Shown here: positions 11,875-27,006 of the stretch, piece by piece | Position numbering within the stretch: the stretch's first letter is position 1 | Layout: the number at the start of each line of letters is the position of its first letter | Assembly (NCBI GenBank): GCA_016906335.1 | Contig: JADEYG010000007.1 | Span: 744,001-808,000 of the forward strand | Source of the DNA: Novakomyces olei | Taxonomy: Eukaryota | DNA length: 64,000 nt | Direction of reading: 5' to 3' | The notes under the pieces: generated by a model | Databases searched by the model: none | Told to the model about the DNA's origin: nothing | The model's input: the letters and a program-made list of their open reading frames with translations, nothing else | Program-made: the position numbers and the translations under genes

Positions 11875-12342
11875 ATGAACATCTCCGAGCGGCAAATGCT
11901 CGAATTTTATAATATACATTTTTCAGACGCTGCGCGGACTGCGTTTATTGAGCGATTAACAAATGGCCAAACAGAACGAGAGCAAGAAAAAGTTGAACGT
12001 TACCCAGACGGAACCGTTCGCACTCTGACCGATGAGCAGATTGCCTTTTTCCGTCAATCAGAGTTGAGGCAGCGTGAACGTGAAGCGGCCAAGTCGGAAA
12101 TTCCGTTTGACCAAAGACAGCAACTTGCACCGAATCAGCGTCAGGCAGTTGAAGAGGAGACACGAGCTGGAGAAGCGTTACCAGCCCACAAAGTGTGGGA
12201 CACTAGAGTCTACATGGACGCACTTTACACTGTGGAAAATATGGACCGAGTAAGAGAGGCCGAACACGAGCTGGACGACCAGTTTGCCATGCTGCCGAGG
12301 ACAGAGCGGCTGCGATACTGGCCAGTGGCGGCTATAAGATAG
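11875..12342 (+). CDS. DUF3807-like fungal protein
   Basis: Motif YPDGTVRTLTDEQIAFFRQSE; first ATG at 11875. Confidence 0.7.
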   Translation: MNISERQMLEFYNIHFSDAARTAFIERLTNGQTEREQEKVERYPDGTVRTLTDEQIAFFRQSELRQREREAAKSEIPFDQRQQLAPNQRQAVEEETRAGEALPAHKVWDTRVYMDALYTVENMDRVREAEHELDDQFAMLPRTERLRYWPVAAIR

Positions 12343-12461
12343 ACGAAATAACGCCATATTGATTGGTCTAGTCAAAGTATCAGTGTATTATTACCTTGCT
12401 GCCGAGCGAAAAGGGCTTTTGATGGCAAGAGCTTTTGGAGAAAAGGGCTGCTCAAACACTT

Positions 12462-13607
12462 TTATTCAATCTGGAATAGAGAGCCACGAGGCCCGCAACC
12501 TGATCGTACTCGATTTTGCGTGGCACTTTGTTTTACTGTGCAGTGTCTATATACACTTTGGCTTCAACGTCATCATAATGATTGAAAAAGCCAGCAAACA
12601 GCTTGCACGCATTTTCCACGTCAGCTACGCCTGCCATTTCACGCACAGAGTGCATTGACAATTGCGGGTTGCCCAAGTCGAGCGTCCGGATCCCTGTTAA
12701 TGCTGCTAGTCTGGCGATTAGAACAATGTGAAATTGAAAAGGAGATTAAAGTTTAAGAGAAAAATTGTTCGGGAAAAGAGAGAGTAAGCTTAGAATGAAT
12801 AAAAAATATTAAAAAAATATTAAAAGATCAGAAAAAAGTCCATATAATAAGCCTACCCTGGACCGATGGTGGAGCCACACGAAGAGTCATTGCGGACGAC
12901 AAACAATTGCAGTTTTGTTTTTGACGCTTCTGCTACCTTTTGCAGCAAAACGATTCCCGGACTATTGGTGACGTACCGTTGGTTTGCATTGATTTTGATT
13001 ACAGTGCCCTATAATATTAAGTGATGGGCTATTAATGTGTGACAGTACCTCATTCAATCGTGGTTTATGCTCGCCCTCGTACTTTGAGGCATACTGCAAA
13101 GTCAGTCAAGTTTACAGGATTCACGTACATTAGGGTGAACAGCGTGAGCCATGTCTGCGCTTATAACAAAACTGCGAGCCATTGATTGTTCAAACAAAGG
13201 TGCAGGATCAGATTTTGGAGGGATCGAGTTGTACACACGTTGCAGACTGGCTATTAGCAATATGTAATTAAAAGTCTAGAATCTTACGTGGCAGGCAAGA
13301 AATTAGAAGCAGCGCCTTGTGCAGAAACAGATCCAATTTCTTCGTGGTCAAAGCAGGCAACAACGTGAACGCTTTTATCTTGCTGATCACTGAGAGAGTC
13401 AATTAAACCTGTTACAGCACAAAACGTCATCCCCAAATTATCCAGACGCTGGGAGACTATAAACTCGTCATTCAGTCCGAGAAAAGTGGGTGCCTGTGTG
13501 TCGTACAAAATGAGTTCAAAGTCTTTGATATTTGAAATGGCTGACTGTTAGCGTAAAAGTTCATTCCTTGTTTTGTTTTATTTAATTTATTTTCATAAAT
13601 AAACAAA

Positions 13608-13638
<31 letters not shown>

Positions 13639-14453
13639 ACTATTGGCTTATTTCGTCTCTAAACTTTTCCAGCTTACCAGTTTCCAATTGATCAGCAACA
13701 AGTTTGAGGAGGGGTATAGGGTGCCGGCCTTCTACGGCCAAGTCATCTTGCGGTATCTTCACGGGCTCTTCCAGTTCCAATTGCGCCGATACGAGGCCTG
13801 CAACGGGCAGCAGTTGCGTCTCCTTGTTGAATTCAAAGCTGGTGTTTGCCTCTCGATTGAGATGAATTGCCAGCGTAGGTATACGTACAACTAGACGAAT
13901 GTTAGCACGCTCATACATCAATCTGCCTCGTGCGGCTGATAAGATCAATCATGTAAAAAATAAAAATAAACCCCACTGGCTCTTTGCCCAACACATTTGC
14001 CTTACGCGGTTTATCAATTCGCACAAGCCTTTGTACTAATGCACCATTTTCCTCAACGATAACGCGGCCCGCGACACTGAGGTCCCGATCAAACCAAGTG
14101 TGCCAAAGGCCGCCGCCATAAGTCTCCACTGCAAGCTGAATATAGCCTTCCGCAAGCCGCTTAGAGTTTGGCTTTAATCGCAGCGTGGGACTGTCTGTGT
14201 GTGTGCCAACGACGGCAAACCCGTGCTCGTGGTCAAAGCCCTTGCCAACTACAAAGGCGATTATGCTGCTAGAGTTGCGAGTAACATAGTACCGTCCTCC
14301 CCGCTGCAGAGGCGGCCAGGTTTTAGCCTCAGAAAGTGCGTGGAACCCTGCTTGGTCCAGGAACTGGCGGACACTCGCCGTTGCATGGTACGGAGATACC
14401 GCGCTCTTGGCAAAGTCAAGAAAACGCGTACAGTACGCCCGTGTTTCCGCCAT
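12462..14453 (-). CDS. APE4: Aspartyl aminopeptidase (peptidase M18), multi-exon
   Basis: SPYHA, GTHTDSP, HTWFDRDL, LAIHL, RLDNL, FDHEEIGS, DMAHAVHPN, CGSTIGP and LSMHSVREM motifs across spliced exons. Confidence 0.93.
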
Positions 14454-14519
14454 AGACCGTAGGAAGGTGACGGCACTGCACTTTTGTGTATTGTGGACAC
14501 TTGTTGGTGTAAAGTGCAG

Positions 14520-14720
14520 TTTTGTACAATTTAAAGTGTGTTCAATGTAAGTGTGTACAATGTAAGTGTGTACAATGTAAGTGTGTACAATGTAAGGTTT
14601 TACAATTTAAAGAGTGTACTTTGCAAGTGTCTACGATGTAAGTGTACATTGCAGGCCTTCTACGATTTAAAGTTTGTACAATGTAAGGTTTTACAATTTA
14701 AAGTGTGTACAGTGCAAGTA
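14520..14720. repeat. Degenerate 15-16 bp minisatellite, consensus TGTGTACAATGTAAG, about 13 units
   Basis: Three perfect consecutive units at about 14552-14596 and diverged copies on both sides. Confidence 0.85.
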
Positions 14721-15037
14721 CTGTCTAGTACAAAGGGCTGTAAAGTGTAAATATTGTACAGTAGAAGTACGGTGCAAGTGCCGTACATAATAGTGCAAAG
14801 TATCTCGCAAACATCGAATTTACCTTGTAATAACAGGGTGGGTACATATGAAGTACGACAGCTGAAATGACAGCGGCGGTAAAGTACACTCCACTTTATC
14901 GGCAGGTAATAACGGCGTAAAGTACGGACTCGGTCGGCATAACGTAGCACGTACAATATTAAGCAGTGTAATAGGCAACATTCAAGTTAGGAGGCCACTA
15001 TCCCAAATCTGGCAAAAAAGTATATAAACGCGGGGAA

Positions 15038-17201
<2,164 letters not shown>

Positions 17202-17333
17202 TAGTGTTATTGCAATATACTGATGATTAAGGCGCCTAAAATTTTAAATATAATATAAATCTAATCTCACGAATAATGAATATAGAGAGCGGATCCTTTA
17301 ATATGTACAAAACACGGCCTCCTACGCCAAACC

Positions 17334-19579
17334 CTATTGCTCAATTAGCATATTTCGAAGATCATCGAGCCGCCGCCTATTATTGTATAGAGACTCATCG
17401 AATATCCAGCCATTCACGTTCGAGACCCAAGCTCGTTCCTGTGATCTTTCGTGCTGAATCCAACTGTGATCGAGTTCAAACTCATTTCCCACGGCAAACT
17501 GACCAGCGGCATCGCTTGACGCCTGAGGCTTGAGGATCCGCGCCCCTGTTTTGGCGTTTACAATGAGGTAGTCATCCTTTAAATCTTCCAGTCCCTCAAA
17601 AACATCCTGAACAAAATCCTGAACAGTACTAGAATCTCCATTTTTTGCACACGGGACCCACCGCAGTTTAACCGGGTCAAAAATCATTGAGCCGCAGGAT
17701 TTCGGAGCCAAGGGTTTCCCTCCTCCACTTTTACCACCTAAATTTGCAATCAAAGCAGGTCTTGTTGGCTGTTTGACTGCAGCAGCAAAGCTTCTCCTTA
17801 ACGAATCTTCACCTTCCCATCGTCTTGTTTCCGTATTGTACTTCATACTCCCTGAAGTCTTGGGAATCACATGCATGTCCTCCTTTCGTATCAGCCTCGG
17901 CTGTTTACGAACAGGTGCCATATTTTGAGGCGATTTTCTCAAGGAATTAGAAGCTGCAGAGGTAGAGGCAGAAGCAGAAGCAGAAGCAGCTGCTCTTTCT
18001 GCATTCTTTTGAGCAGTGCATTCGGCTGCTCTTCGGCTACTCGCTGTCGGCTGCAAAAACTGCCTTGATTTCGTTGTTCTCAAAGGCCTGTTCGCCTGTT
18101 GACCAAAAGAAGGCGGCTGTGGTTGAGCCAGCGTATTGCTAGAGACTTTACTGCCCAACTGGAAATTGGATCCCGCCTTTTTCAGCGACGGGCTCTTCAA
18201 GTACCGACGTTCTTCCTCTGGCGAAGCACTTAAATCCTCGATTGAGGTTAGTGAGTCTGTTAATCCCTCGGCAATTTGCCACCGTCTACCGCTTATGCGT
18301 AAGGATTTTTGCTGATTCGAATTCTGCTTCAAATCTTCACCAGACGCAATCCGTTTAGCCTTTGTTGGACTTGATGAAACGTGGTGTGAGGAAGCTGCTC
18401 CAGCTCCACCTGGGAGAAAGGGCTTGGAAGGTGAGGATCTCAGCTTCTGGGGACTGCCTGGGGCTGACGATAGATGCTGCACTGACGGCTGTGGCCTTAA
18501 CATAAAAGTAGAAGGTCTGTGAGAGACTGTACCTTGCAGTGTTTTCGTTAGCGAAGCTGATGGGGCAGAATTAGAAGACGATGCTTTTCTCACAGAGCTT
18601 GTCGTAGCGGCAGGGGCACTGCCAGGCTGAGAGTAATGGCCCTGCACGGGCCTTGAAGGTTGAATTGTTTTTAATGAACCCATTTTTTCAGACATCATTA
18701 CGTCAAAGTTATTGACTGACGGCATCTTTCTCGCTTTCAAAGTAGCCTCAAACGAACGGGCACTCGATATCTTTTTGAGCCTTGCTTGAGTAAGCGTTTT
18801 AGAAGCGTCTTCAAATTCGACCCCAGCCGCCTCGTCGTCCTCCGAGTCCTCTTGGAAACGTACAGTATTGTTATTGCTGCTTCCTACTTGATCTCCGTCC
18901 CAAATCGAATGGTCTTGCTCATTGTCACGATTACTTTTGGCTTTAGATAGCATTGCCTTTAGATCAAACGTGCCTTGAGGCAGATCGAGACCGTTGGATA
19001 CGCTTTCATCGTCCTCGCTATCGAAAAAAGTCGATAACGAGGACGCTGAGCTTGTATGGCCGTGCATGCCCCGCAGTACCCCGGCCTTGCGGAATCCCAG
19101 ACTGCCTTCTTCAGAGCTGAACCCATCATCAAAAGCTGTTTCTGCTTGTTTCTGCACGTGTTAGTTGATGCCTAAAATTAAACAAAATAGACGAGGGAGA
19201 CGAGCAGAAAGAGTAATAGAGAAACGATAAAAAAGGGGCAAACGCAGAGATTAATGGTAGGGCAAATTAATGGTAAGGCAGATTAATGGTGGGAGAGCAT
19301 ACTTGTGGCGAATGGCCAAGGCTGTCCTTTTCCTCTGGAGCAGTAGAAATAGATAAACGCGAAAGGTTCAGTGCCGCTCGCGATACAGACTTGGCGCCGT
19401 TATCAAACGCGTCGAACGCGTCTTCGTCCTCGCTTTCGGTCCACTTTGAAAGGTCAGCTGCTTTTTGGCCCGCGCGTTTCAGCCTTGTTGGCCTTGCGTC
19501 TGCAGTTGTTAGCGACGTGCGTTTCGTGTGCCGTTTGCTTGTTACCATTCTCAATAAAGTCCTCAGAATAGTCGTCCAT
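17334..19579 (-). CDS. byr4: Byr4/Bfa1-like cytokinesis (SIN/MEN) GAP scaffold. Exons about 19579-19546, 19499-19303, 19151-17334.
   Basis: N-terminal MDDYSEDF, Ser-rich linker, and twin C-terminal repeats MKYN..RRWEGE and RPALIAN..MIFDPVKLRWV..DVFEGLEDL. Introns restore the frame. Confidence 0.75.
19250..19296. repeat. Three imperfect 16-bp units (RATTAATGGTRRGGCA) in a byr4 intron
   Basis: gattaatggtagggca / aattaatggtaaggca / gattaatggtgggag. Confidence 0.65.
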
Positions 19580-20072
19580 TGAGGCAATTTAACTATGACA
19601 CCAAAACTGCTGATCGTAAATGTCGCGTTTGTCCCGGGTCCTTTGAGGCAATTGGCGTATCGCAGCAAATGCCGCCGTTTCTCTCGCCGACCAGAATTGC
19701 GGTGGCTGAACGCGCGCGTACTGATTGGCAATTATACTCAATATTATAATATGAGGCGTGTGTTTTATACTCGTTTTATATACTCGTATTATACTATACA
19801 CTCCTACTTTATTATAGACTCGAAACATTATAAACTCCGCTTTATGTTACACACGGGGCGAATTATGTTGTACACAACTTTGAGCCTATAAGAATTATAG
19901 CTCAATGTTCGTGCGGGCTTATATTCACGAGATTATTCTGTCTGCGTGATGTGAAAGCAAGGATTATTTATTCTAATAACCCTAACCCTAATAGTGTACA
20001 GGTTCTACTCTAGCCAGCTTGCGTCGAGGCCATCTGGTGATGGGCAGTATGGCGACAAGTGAATGATATTAT

Positions 20073-21034
20073 ATGAAGCTGACTGCGCTCAAGGCCCGCA
20101 CATCTGCGTCAAGGCTCCTGGTAGCCGGTCGCACTCTGCCACCTGACGGCGTCGTATTAACTGCCACAGATACTGAGCACACGTACTATATTGAAGGTGA
20201 GTGTCTGTTTAACTCGAATGAAGCTCAAAAGTTAGGCGACCATGATACAATCCTAAAGTGGAAAAGGGAAACGTTTGATGGCAGCGACAAGGAATTTGTT
20301 GAACTTGTGCGTGCGTTATTCACAGAGCACGTAGAACCTACACGCGCCGTGGATATACGGTTCCAAGCTAGAAGAGGAGCTGTTCAGGTAAGAAAGGAAA
20401 AAGCAGCCATTTTCATGATACGGGTCAACTAAGTTTCAAGATAATTATGACTAGTGCGAGTGGCAACGAGCAAACGTTGCAGGTAGGGCCTACAGCTTCA
20501 TTATAGAGCTCAAGCAAAACAGTTACGGGTCGGTGTGATAGAGATGCAGCTGAATGACGAGCTGAGAGCGCCTCTGTTTGATTGGATAGTAGAGGATCTT
20601 GATACTATGAGGACGGATAGTGTATGGAGCAACTGCACATTTACCAATCTAACTATACAGACTGCTCGTCGTGGTGTATCCACCCAAGACGGCGCCTTGT
20701 TACTACGCGAAATGGAAGAATTCAACGCGCGACGTGAGCCTGAATTGATCAACAAGGTACCCCTCCCTTTCAAAATACCTTATTTCACTCTTTTTAATAT
20801 TTTACTTTTTAAATCTACAACAAATAATAACATTTCCAGTTTGTTCAAGTTTTAAACGCCAAAAAGAAACGCATTCGACAGTTGGAAGCAGAGCTGAACC
20901 CATTACGCGCTAACGCGTCTGATACTGAGGACTCGGCGGATACTCCGCATCCACGAAAATCCTCTTCACCCACTGAGTCAGTTAGAAAACCGTCGCCCAG
21001 TCCATCTGACGGATCTGATTCAACAAACGAATGA
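20073..21034 (+). CDS. XRCC4/Lif1-like NHEJ protein, 4 exons
   Basis: Beta-rich head domain followed by a coiled coil with spliced ELINK|FVQVLNAKKKRIRQLE, resembling the XRCC4 ligase-IV-binding helix; acidic Ser-rich tail. Confidence 0.65.
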
Positions 21035-21440
21035 TACTCGAGTACTTCACTGCACAGATTCTTTTGGTCCATCAAAACATTGGCGTCATTATAATGACAG
21101 CATTCGTTATCGCTAATTCTCCTATAATAACTTATATTTAAGAACAGTCATCTAAATTAAATACTTTAATTAAATCAGTCATACTATCGATAGAATGCTA
21201 GATTAATGACTAGATTAATAATAATAATTAATGAAATATTGCTAAATACTCAGATCAGTAAACAGAGCAGAGGGCAGCAGTCAGCGTCAAGGTGAGGCTC
21301 AAAAGCACCAATGCCAGAGCCAACCTTTGGCCGAACTTACCAGCGCGAGAAGCAGCATTGTACCTGAAAATCAAAGGAAAATTTGATACAAAAGGGGACG
21401 AATTTTAAATTGAAGGGGTAATAAATTGGCTAGTTTTGCG

Positions 21441-23978
21441 ATGGACAAGTCTGTGTTTGACAGCCGACTAGACGCGATTCTGACTCTAATACCGCTTGAT
21501 CCTTATGTGCCTCCCGGTGGGAGCTCAGATTGGGTCTCGTACTTTAAAGTGACTGGAGCAGAAGACTGGGAAATTGCTTCGCGTAATAAGCACTTGTCTA
21601 TTCACACGGGTAATGGAGACACCAGTTCAGACAACACACCTCCTTTAACTCCGGCATCGGCAGCAATGCTTCCAACGACTCCCAAGAAAAATGCGTCTGA
21701 GCCACAAACGTCAAAGAGCCCTGCACAGCGGAACGGAGTGAATCAACATAAAAATGTAGCAAAGACAGTAGTCGACAATGATATACAATCACGGTCTCCT
21801 GGCAGCAATTCTATTCGGCCAGGTGCGGCTACACCTGATCCGATAAGCCCGACACTGCCATCTGCAGTGCTAAAGGGACTATTGACACCGGGACCAGTGA
21901 GTCCCTCTTTGCCACAGTGGGCAATGCCAATAAACAATGGCAGTGCTCAGTCGCCTTTTGGGCCGGAAACTGTACTGCCAAGTGAGGGGATTTCTAAACC
22001 AGGGGATGAGCCATCAGTGACGAAAAATAAGTCCAAACCATTACACGGTGAGAGGGTGAGATCAAGCACGGATTTGACGGACGGTCAACAAGACCAATCA
22101 AAACATAAATCGAAACGGATAAAACTTGAAGAAAGGGATGACAATTCTTCGAAAAGAGCAGTGGATACCGATCCTAAGGAGCCACAAAATGTATCAGCAC
22201 GGGAACAGACAGAAAAGGAAATTGCAAAAGCACATTTGGGGATGCGCAAGTCAAAGATAATCGCTCTTAAAGTCAACCAAAGAGCGCTCGCTCAGGTCTT
22301 GACTGGTGATAAAGGCACTGATAGACACTCTGGCTCTTTTGCGAGTGGCGAAGGCAATGAGAAGGATGGGAAATCACAAAGAGTCGAGGACAAGGCCAAT
22401 AAGACGGGCGAAAAATACGATAAAGGTGAAGATGTACGGAATTCTGTTGAGCCAAAGCCAGAGTCTGCTGATATAAGGGAAAACTCTGAAAAGGCTCAAT
22501 CATTCGACAAGAGGAGACAAGTGTCTGGGAAGCGGGAGCCTTCTAAAACGACAAAAGCTGACGATGGCCAGTCAATGAACGCGAACCAGTCAACTGAAAA
22601 CAAGTTGTCCTCCGAAAAGATAAATACAAGTGCAGCGCAGTCGACAGGCTATTCTAAACCCAATATGCCCGACAAAAAATCTGGGTTTGACAAGAAATTA
22701 TCCTCCAAACCTCGTTCTCAAGATAGTTCTACGAGGGAAAATAAAGAGTCTATTGCTATGGAAAAACCTCTGGAAAGAAAAGATGTGCCTGGTAGCCAGT
22801 CGTCATCTTCTAGTGCCGAGTCCATTGAAGGGAAAGAGCCTGCTATGGCGAAATCGCTTTCGATTAAAGGAGCTGCTGACCGAGCAAGACAACAGCAGTT
22901 GCCGGATAAGAGTCTAGTGAACAGTCCATCAGTCTCTGATAGCGAGTTGGTCTCTGTACAAACACCAGTTGCTCAAAAGTCTGCAAATATATCTCTAAGC
23001 GAGTATCAAAGAGGAAGAAAACGTACTACCAGCCAATCTTCGGAACAGTCTAAAGCTTCTCCAACCTGCCAGTTAGTTGAGGATCGTCGGAATCAGGAGC
23101 AGCCATGGGACATTGGAAAACCTAAACAGAATCTATCTACTATTTTCTACGAGTATGCTAACTGCTTTGCTTTATTCTTTCCTTTACAGCCACTCTGTAA
23201 CAAGGCAATTGGTTGTTTTTATTCAGACAGACGCTTTATTTAACAAAAATTGATTTCATTTGTCCTTTGTTTGGTCTGGTTTAATTTGAGTCGAATCGGT
23301 TGGATTTTTTCGGCCTTGTTTTTGTAATTTGTCTGTCTATAGTCATTACATTTAAATTCTTCTAACGTATTCAGATATCATGGCATTGCCACTGAGCTTA
23401 AGCGAAAATACGACAAGAAGCATGACGAATGTGTGCTTTTCGATTCGCTCTTATGTTACGCAGTTGCTTACACTGCGGGTAACCATTCCGGGGGAATAGG
23501 AAATCTTTTAGATTTTTTCCGGAGATATGTACCGCTGGACTCTTTTAGGGAAAGCATTCGTTTATGGCTGAATCAGCTGTTTTCGACTCTCTGTTTGTGG
23601 CATATTAATCATCTGAACCTCATCTTGGCGGACACTTGCAGAAAACTAGAGAGTGTCGATAATGATCAAGCAAAGCTGGCAGAACTCCAAGACCGATTAC
23701 TGAAGCAGACAAAAGAGTTAACTGTGCACTGGATCAGGTTGCAGAGAGCGAGTAAGATTGGCGCAGACTTGCACAGGAATTATCTGAGCCAGCACTCTCC
23801 AGAGACGGAGAAGCTCATGTCGCAAATGGCACAGACTGATCCAATGATTCCACAGACGAACGTGACTTCGATAGACCGCTTGCTCAGAATGTCTCTTACG
23901 TATCTGGACGAGCTTAAACTCCGTGAAAAGGGAACACAGGCTGCTTATCGTTACGAGGCAGCCAAAGCGTTGCGATAA
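21441..23978 (+). CDS. Ebp1/AFF-like protein: long disordered region and a helical C-terminal domain; intron 23153-23375
   Basis: Spliced C-terminus reads EYHGIATELKRKYD..LFDSLLCYAVAY, resembling the AFF C-terminal homology / S. pombe Ebp1 C-terminal domain; PLDPYVP near the N-terminus. Confidence 0.5.
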
Positions 23979-24315
23979 ACACAGTAGAAAAAGGACGGAT
24001 TGTTTTACTTGGTAATGCTAATGATTATTGCTTTGATTGATTTGTAGGTTATTTTTGTAGAATGGAGTGGATTGTTGCAAGCAAATACTGAAAAGCGCTG
24101 CCTTTGATGAAAACAATAAGAATGGTATAATAAATAATAATAAATAATAATAAATAATAAAATATAATATAATAAAATATAATAAAATATAATAAAATAT
24201 TATTATTATTTATGAGATAATTATACTTGCGTCTTAATGTATCAGCAATAGGAGAGGAATTCTACCGTATTAATAAATTATTTCGTACATGTAACTTCCT
24301 ATTACAGACTGATGT

Positions 24316-24323
24316 GCACGTGC
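24316..24323. promoter_or_regulatory. E-box GCACGTGC (Pho4-type bHLH site) upstream of the VTC gene
   Basis: Palindrome about 285 bp upstream of the VTC ATG, just after an AT-rich tract. Confidence 0.45.
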
Positions 24324-24607
24324 GGCATTAGTTGGCTATCTCGACGCAGCTGTCAGGAGAAAACTCCATCACACTTTTTTTTTAAATTGATTTTGTTTGA
24401 AAAGTTGGGGACCGGTAATTTGCACTTAATACGAGGAGGCAGCAAAGTTGGAAGAAGGACGGCAGTTACATCTTATCGGCATTTGATCCTTCTCGACTGC
24501 CTTGCAAGGATCTGCTTTCCCGGTGCTTGAACCTCATTGGCATTTTGCCAATATTACTTTTGCGCTTGCCTCTTAATTGACCCAGCTTCAAGTGAGCAAT
24601 TGAAGTG

Positions 24608-27006
24608 ATGCATTTTGGAGCAAAGCTTGAAGAGTCTATTTATCCACCGTGGAAGGATAAATATTTACGGTACAATGAGCTAAAAGATCTACTTCACGCG
24701 GATCAGCCCGCAGAGAAATGGACAGAGGCGGACGAGGAAAAATTTGTCAATAATATGGACGCACAACTTGAGGAAATTTATGGCTTTCAAACAAAAATGT
24801 CCCATGAACTGGACTCGCGAGTGGAGGACGCGGATCGTCGGGTAAGGCAGTATATTAGGTCCAAAGGCACCGTGGACGGCTCAGGAAACAAGTCAGATGA
24901 AAATAACAAAAAATCAGGATTAGGAAGCTCTACGGATGAGAAGGGTATAATTTTCCTGCTTGATTCTATCATGGAAGATATTAAACACCTTGAGCGGTAT
25001 AGCCAGATAAACTTTACCGGTTTTTTCAAGCTAGCAAAGCGCCATGACAAGTTGCACCCTAAATACTCGGTTAAACCACTGCTTAAAGTACGTCTGTCGG
25101 CCTGCCCATTTAACTCTGATGATTATTCTCCACAGCTTTACCGGCTATCAGAACTATATGCGGCCATATCCGACAAGATCAGTGTGCCCCTGAGCGATGC
25201 AGCAAGAGCACCCCGGGGTTCAGAGGCCAGTGCCGATGGTGAGACTAAACATACCCGTAAATTTTGGATTCACCCTGAAGACGTGATGGAGGTGAAAACG
25301 TTCATTCTCCGGCGACTCCCCGTACTCGTTTTCTCTGGAACTGCCTCTGAATCTGGAGACGCTAGAGGCTACGTCCCGGATCCACTAATCTCTTCACTGT
25401 ACTTGGACAATAAAGACTTTGGATTGTACAATGACAAGCTGAGCAAGGCCCCTAATGCCCTTTCTCTAAGGTTACGCTGGTACGGAAAAATTGAGGATGG
25501 CAAGTCTGATATCTTTTTGGAACTTAAACGCGCCGAGGCCAGTGGGGACGCGGATATCTTTTACACCGAGCACCATATTCCGCTCCGAGAGAAATCAGTA
25601 CAGGGTTTTCTGACCGGTGACAAGGCAGCGGCAGACGCTGTTGTAAAGAGATTGGCAGAGGGACGACCAAACGAAGTGGAGTCTCTCACACAACTGGTCA
25701 ATAATGTACAGAACATGATTGTGGACTGGCGATTGCAGCCAGTCTTACGTGCAGTTTACCAGCGGACAGCCTTCCAGATCCCTGGCGACGATAGTGTTCG
25801 GCTTTCGATTGATACAAACCTGTGTTTTATTAGAGAAGACTCCTTTGACACCGATTTGCCCATTCGTCGGCCCGACGAATGGCACAGGGCCGACTTGGAC
25901 GGAATGGAGTACCCCTTTGATCGGCTGAGACGTGGAGAAATTTCGAGGTTCCCCTTTGCCGTGCTGGAAATCAAAACTAAAACTGCCGCTGGCAAAGGTG
26001 TCCCCCGCTGGATTAAAGAACTCGACTCTAGTAAGCTTGTTAGGGATGCTACCGGGTTCAGCAAGTACGCTCACGGTGTTGCTACATTGTATGATCGTTA
26101 TGTAAACTTGCTGCCCTTCTGGATCAACGATATGGAGACGCACGACTCTGCTAGCGATCAAGCCAGGCGTGGTGGCAAACAGCAGGAGACTCCTAATTTA
26201 CCCCCTAAGCTGCTGATCCAGTCTCCAAGCAGTGAAGCTTTAAGAAACGAGCGGAATTCATCTACTAGCCTTGCTAGCCGACATGGGTCTGGTGCAAATG
26301 ACTCTCAATCAAAAGGCAAAGGGAAACCCGGAAAAAGCGTTGCTCCGGTTACAGTAGATGACGAGGATTCGGATACGGATTCTGCAGTTGAGGATGAGGC
26401 TCACGATGGCCGCGAAGATGATGGAATCGGCAGGGCAATGAGGATGGATACTAGCATGAAGTTTGGACTGTCCACTATTCCCAAGATTTTTAATAGGAGA
26501 GCGATGAACGTTGCAATGTACGGAGCTCTACCTCGAGCGAAACATGTAGAAAATGCAGCAGCTCCAAGGGTCGAGTCTAAAGTCTGGCTGGCTAATGAAC
26601 GTACGCTTGCAAAATGGCTTAATACTACGGCCTTACTGTCCACGCTTTCTCTTGGGTTCCTTAATACTGCTAGAGATGGGGCGACTATTAGTATTGCCTC
26701 CGCCTACCTCCTTTGCAGTCTGGCCCTGGGTGTTTGGTCAATGTACATGTTTCACCGGCGTGTTCGCTGGATCCGGGAGAGCAGTTCCCGGCCAATGTGC
26801 GATATTGTGGGCCCGATAGTACTGACGTTTACGCTACTTTTGTTTTTGGCGATTAATTTTGTTTACAAGGTATGTGCAATAAATGGGCGAATGGCCAATG
26901 CCTGTTTTACTCTATTCATTCTCTGTACTTCTTTTTATGGCGGTGATGAGCTAATCTTTAGTATCGGCAGCACAGACAGCCCGGCGGTATCCTGTACCAG
27001 GTCTAG
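24608..27006 (+). CDS. Vacuolar transporter chaperone subunit, Vtc2/Vtc3 type (SPX + VTC + 3 TM DUF202); terminal intron 26870-26961
   Basis: MHFG..W..KYLRYNELK (SPX), RKFWIHP, LRLRWYG, RTAFQIPGD, FSKYAHG and KVWLANERT. Confidence 0.9.

Noticed and set aside
14520-14720. CRISPR array
   Set aside because: The units abut with no unique spacers, the context is eukaryotic and there are no cas genes.
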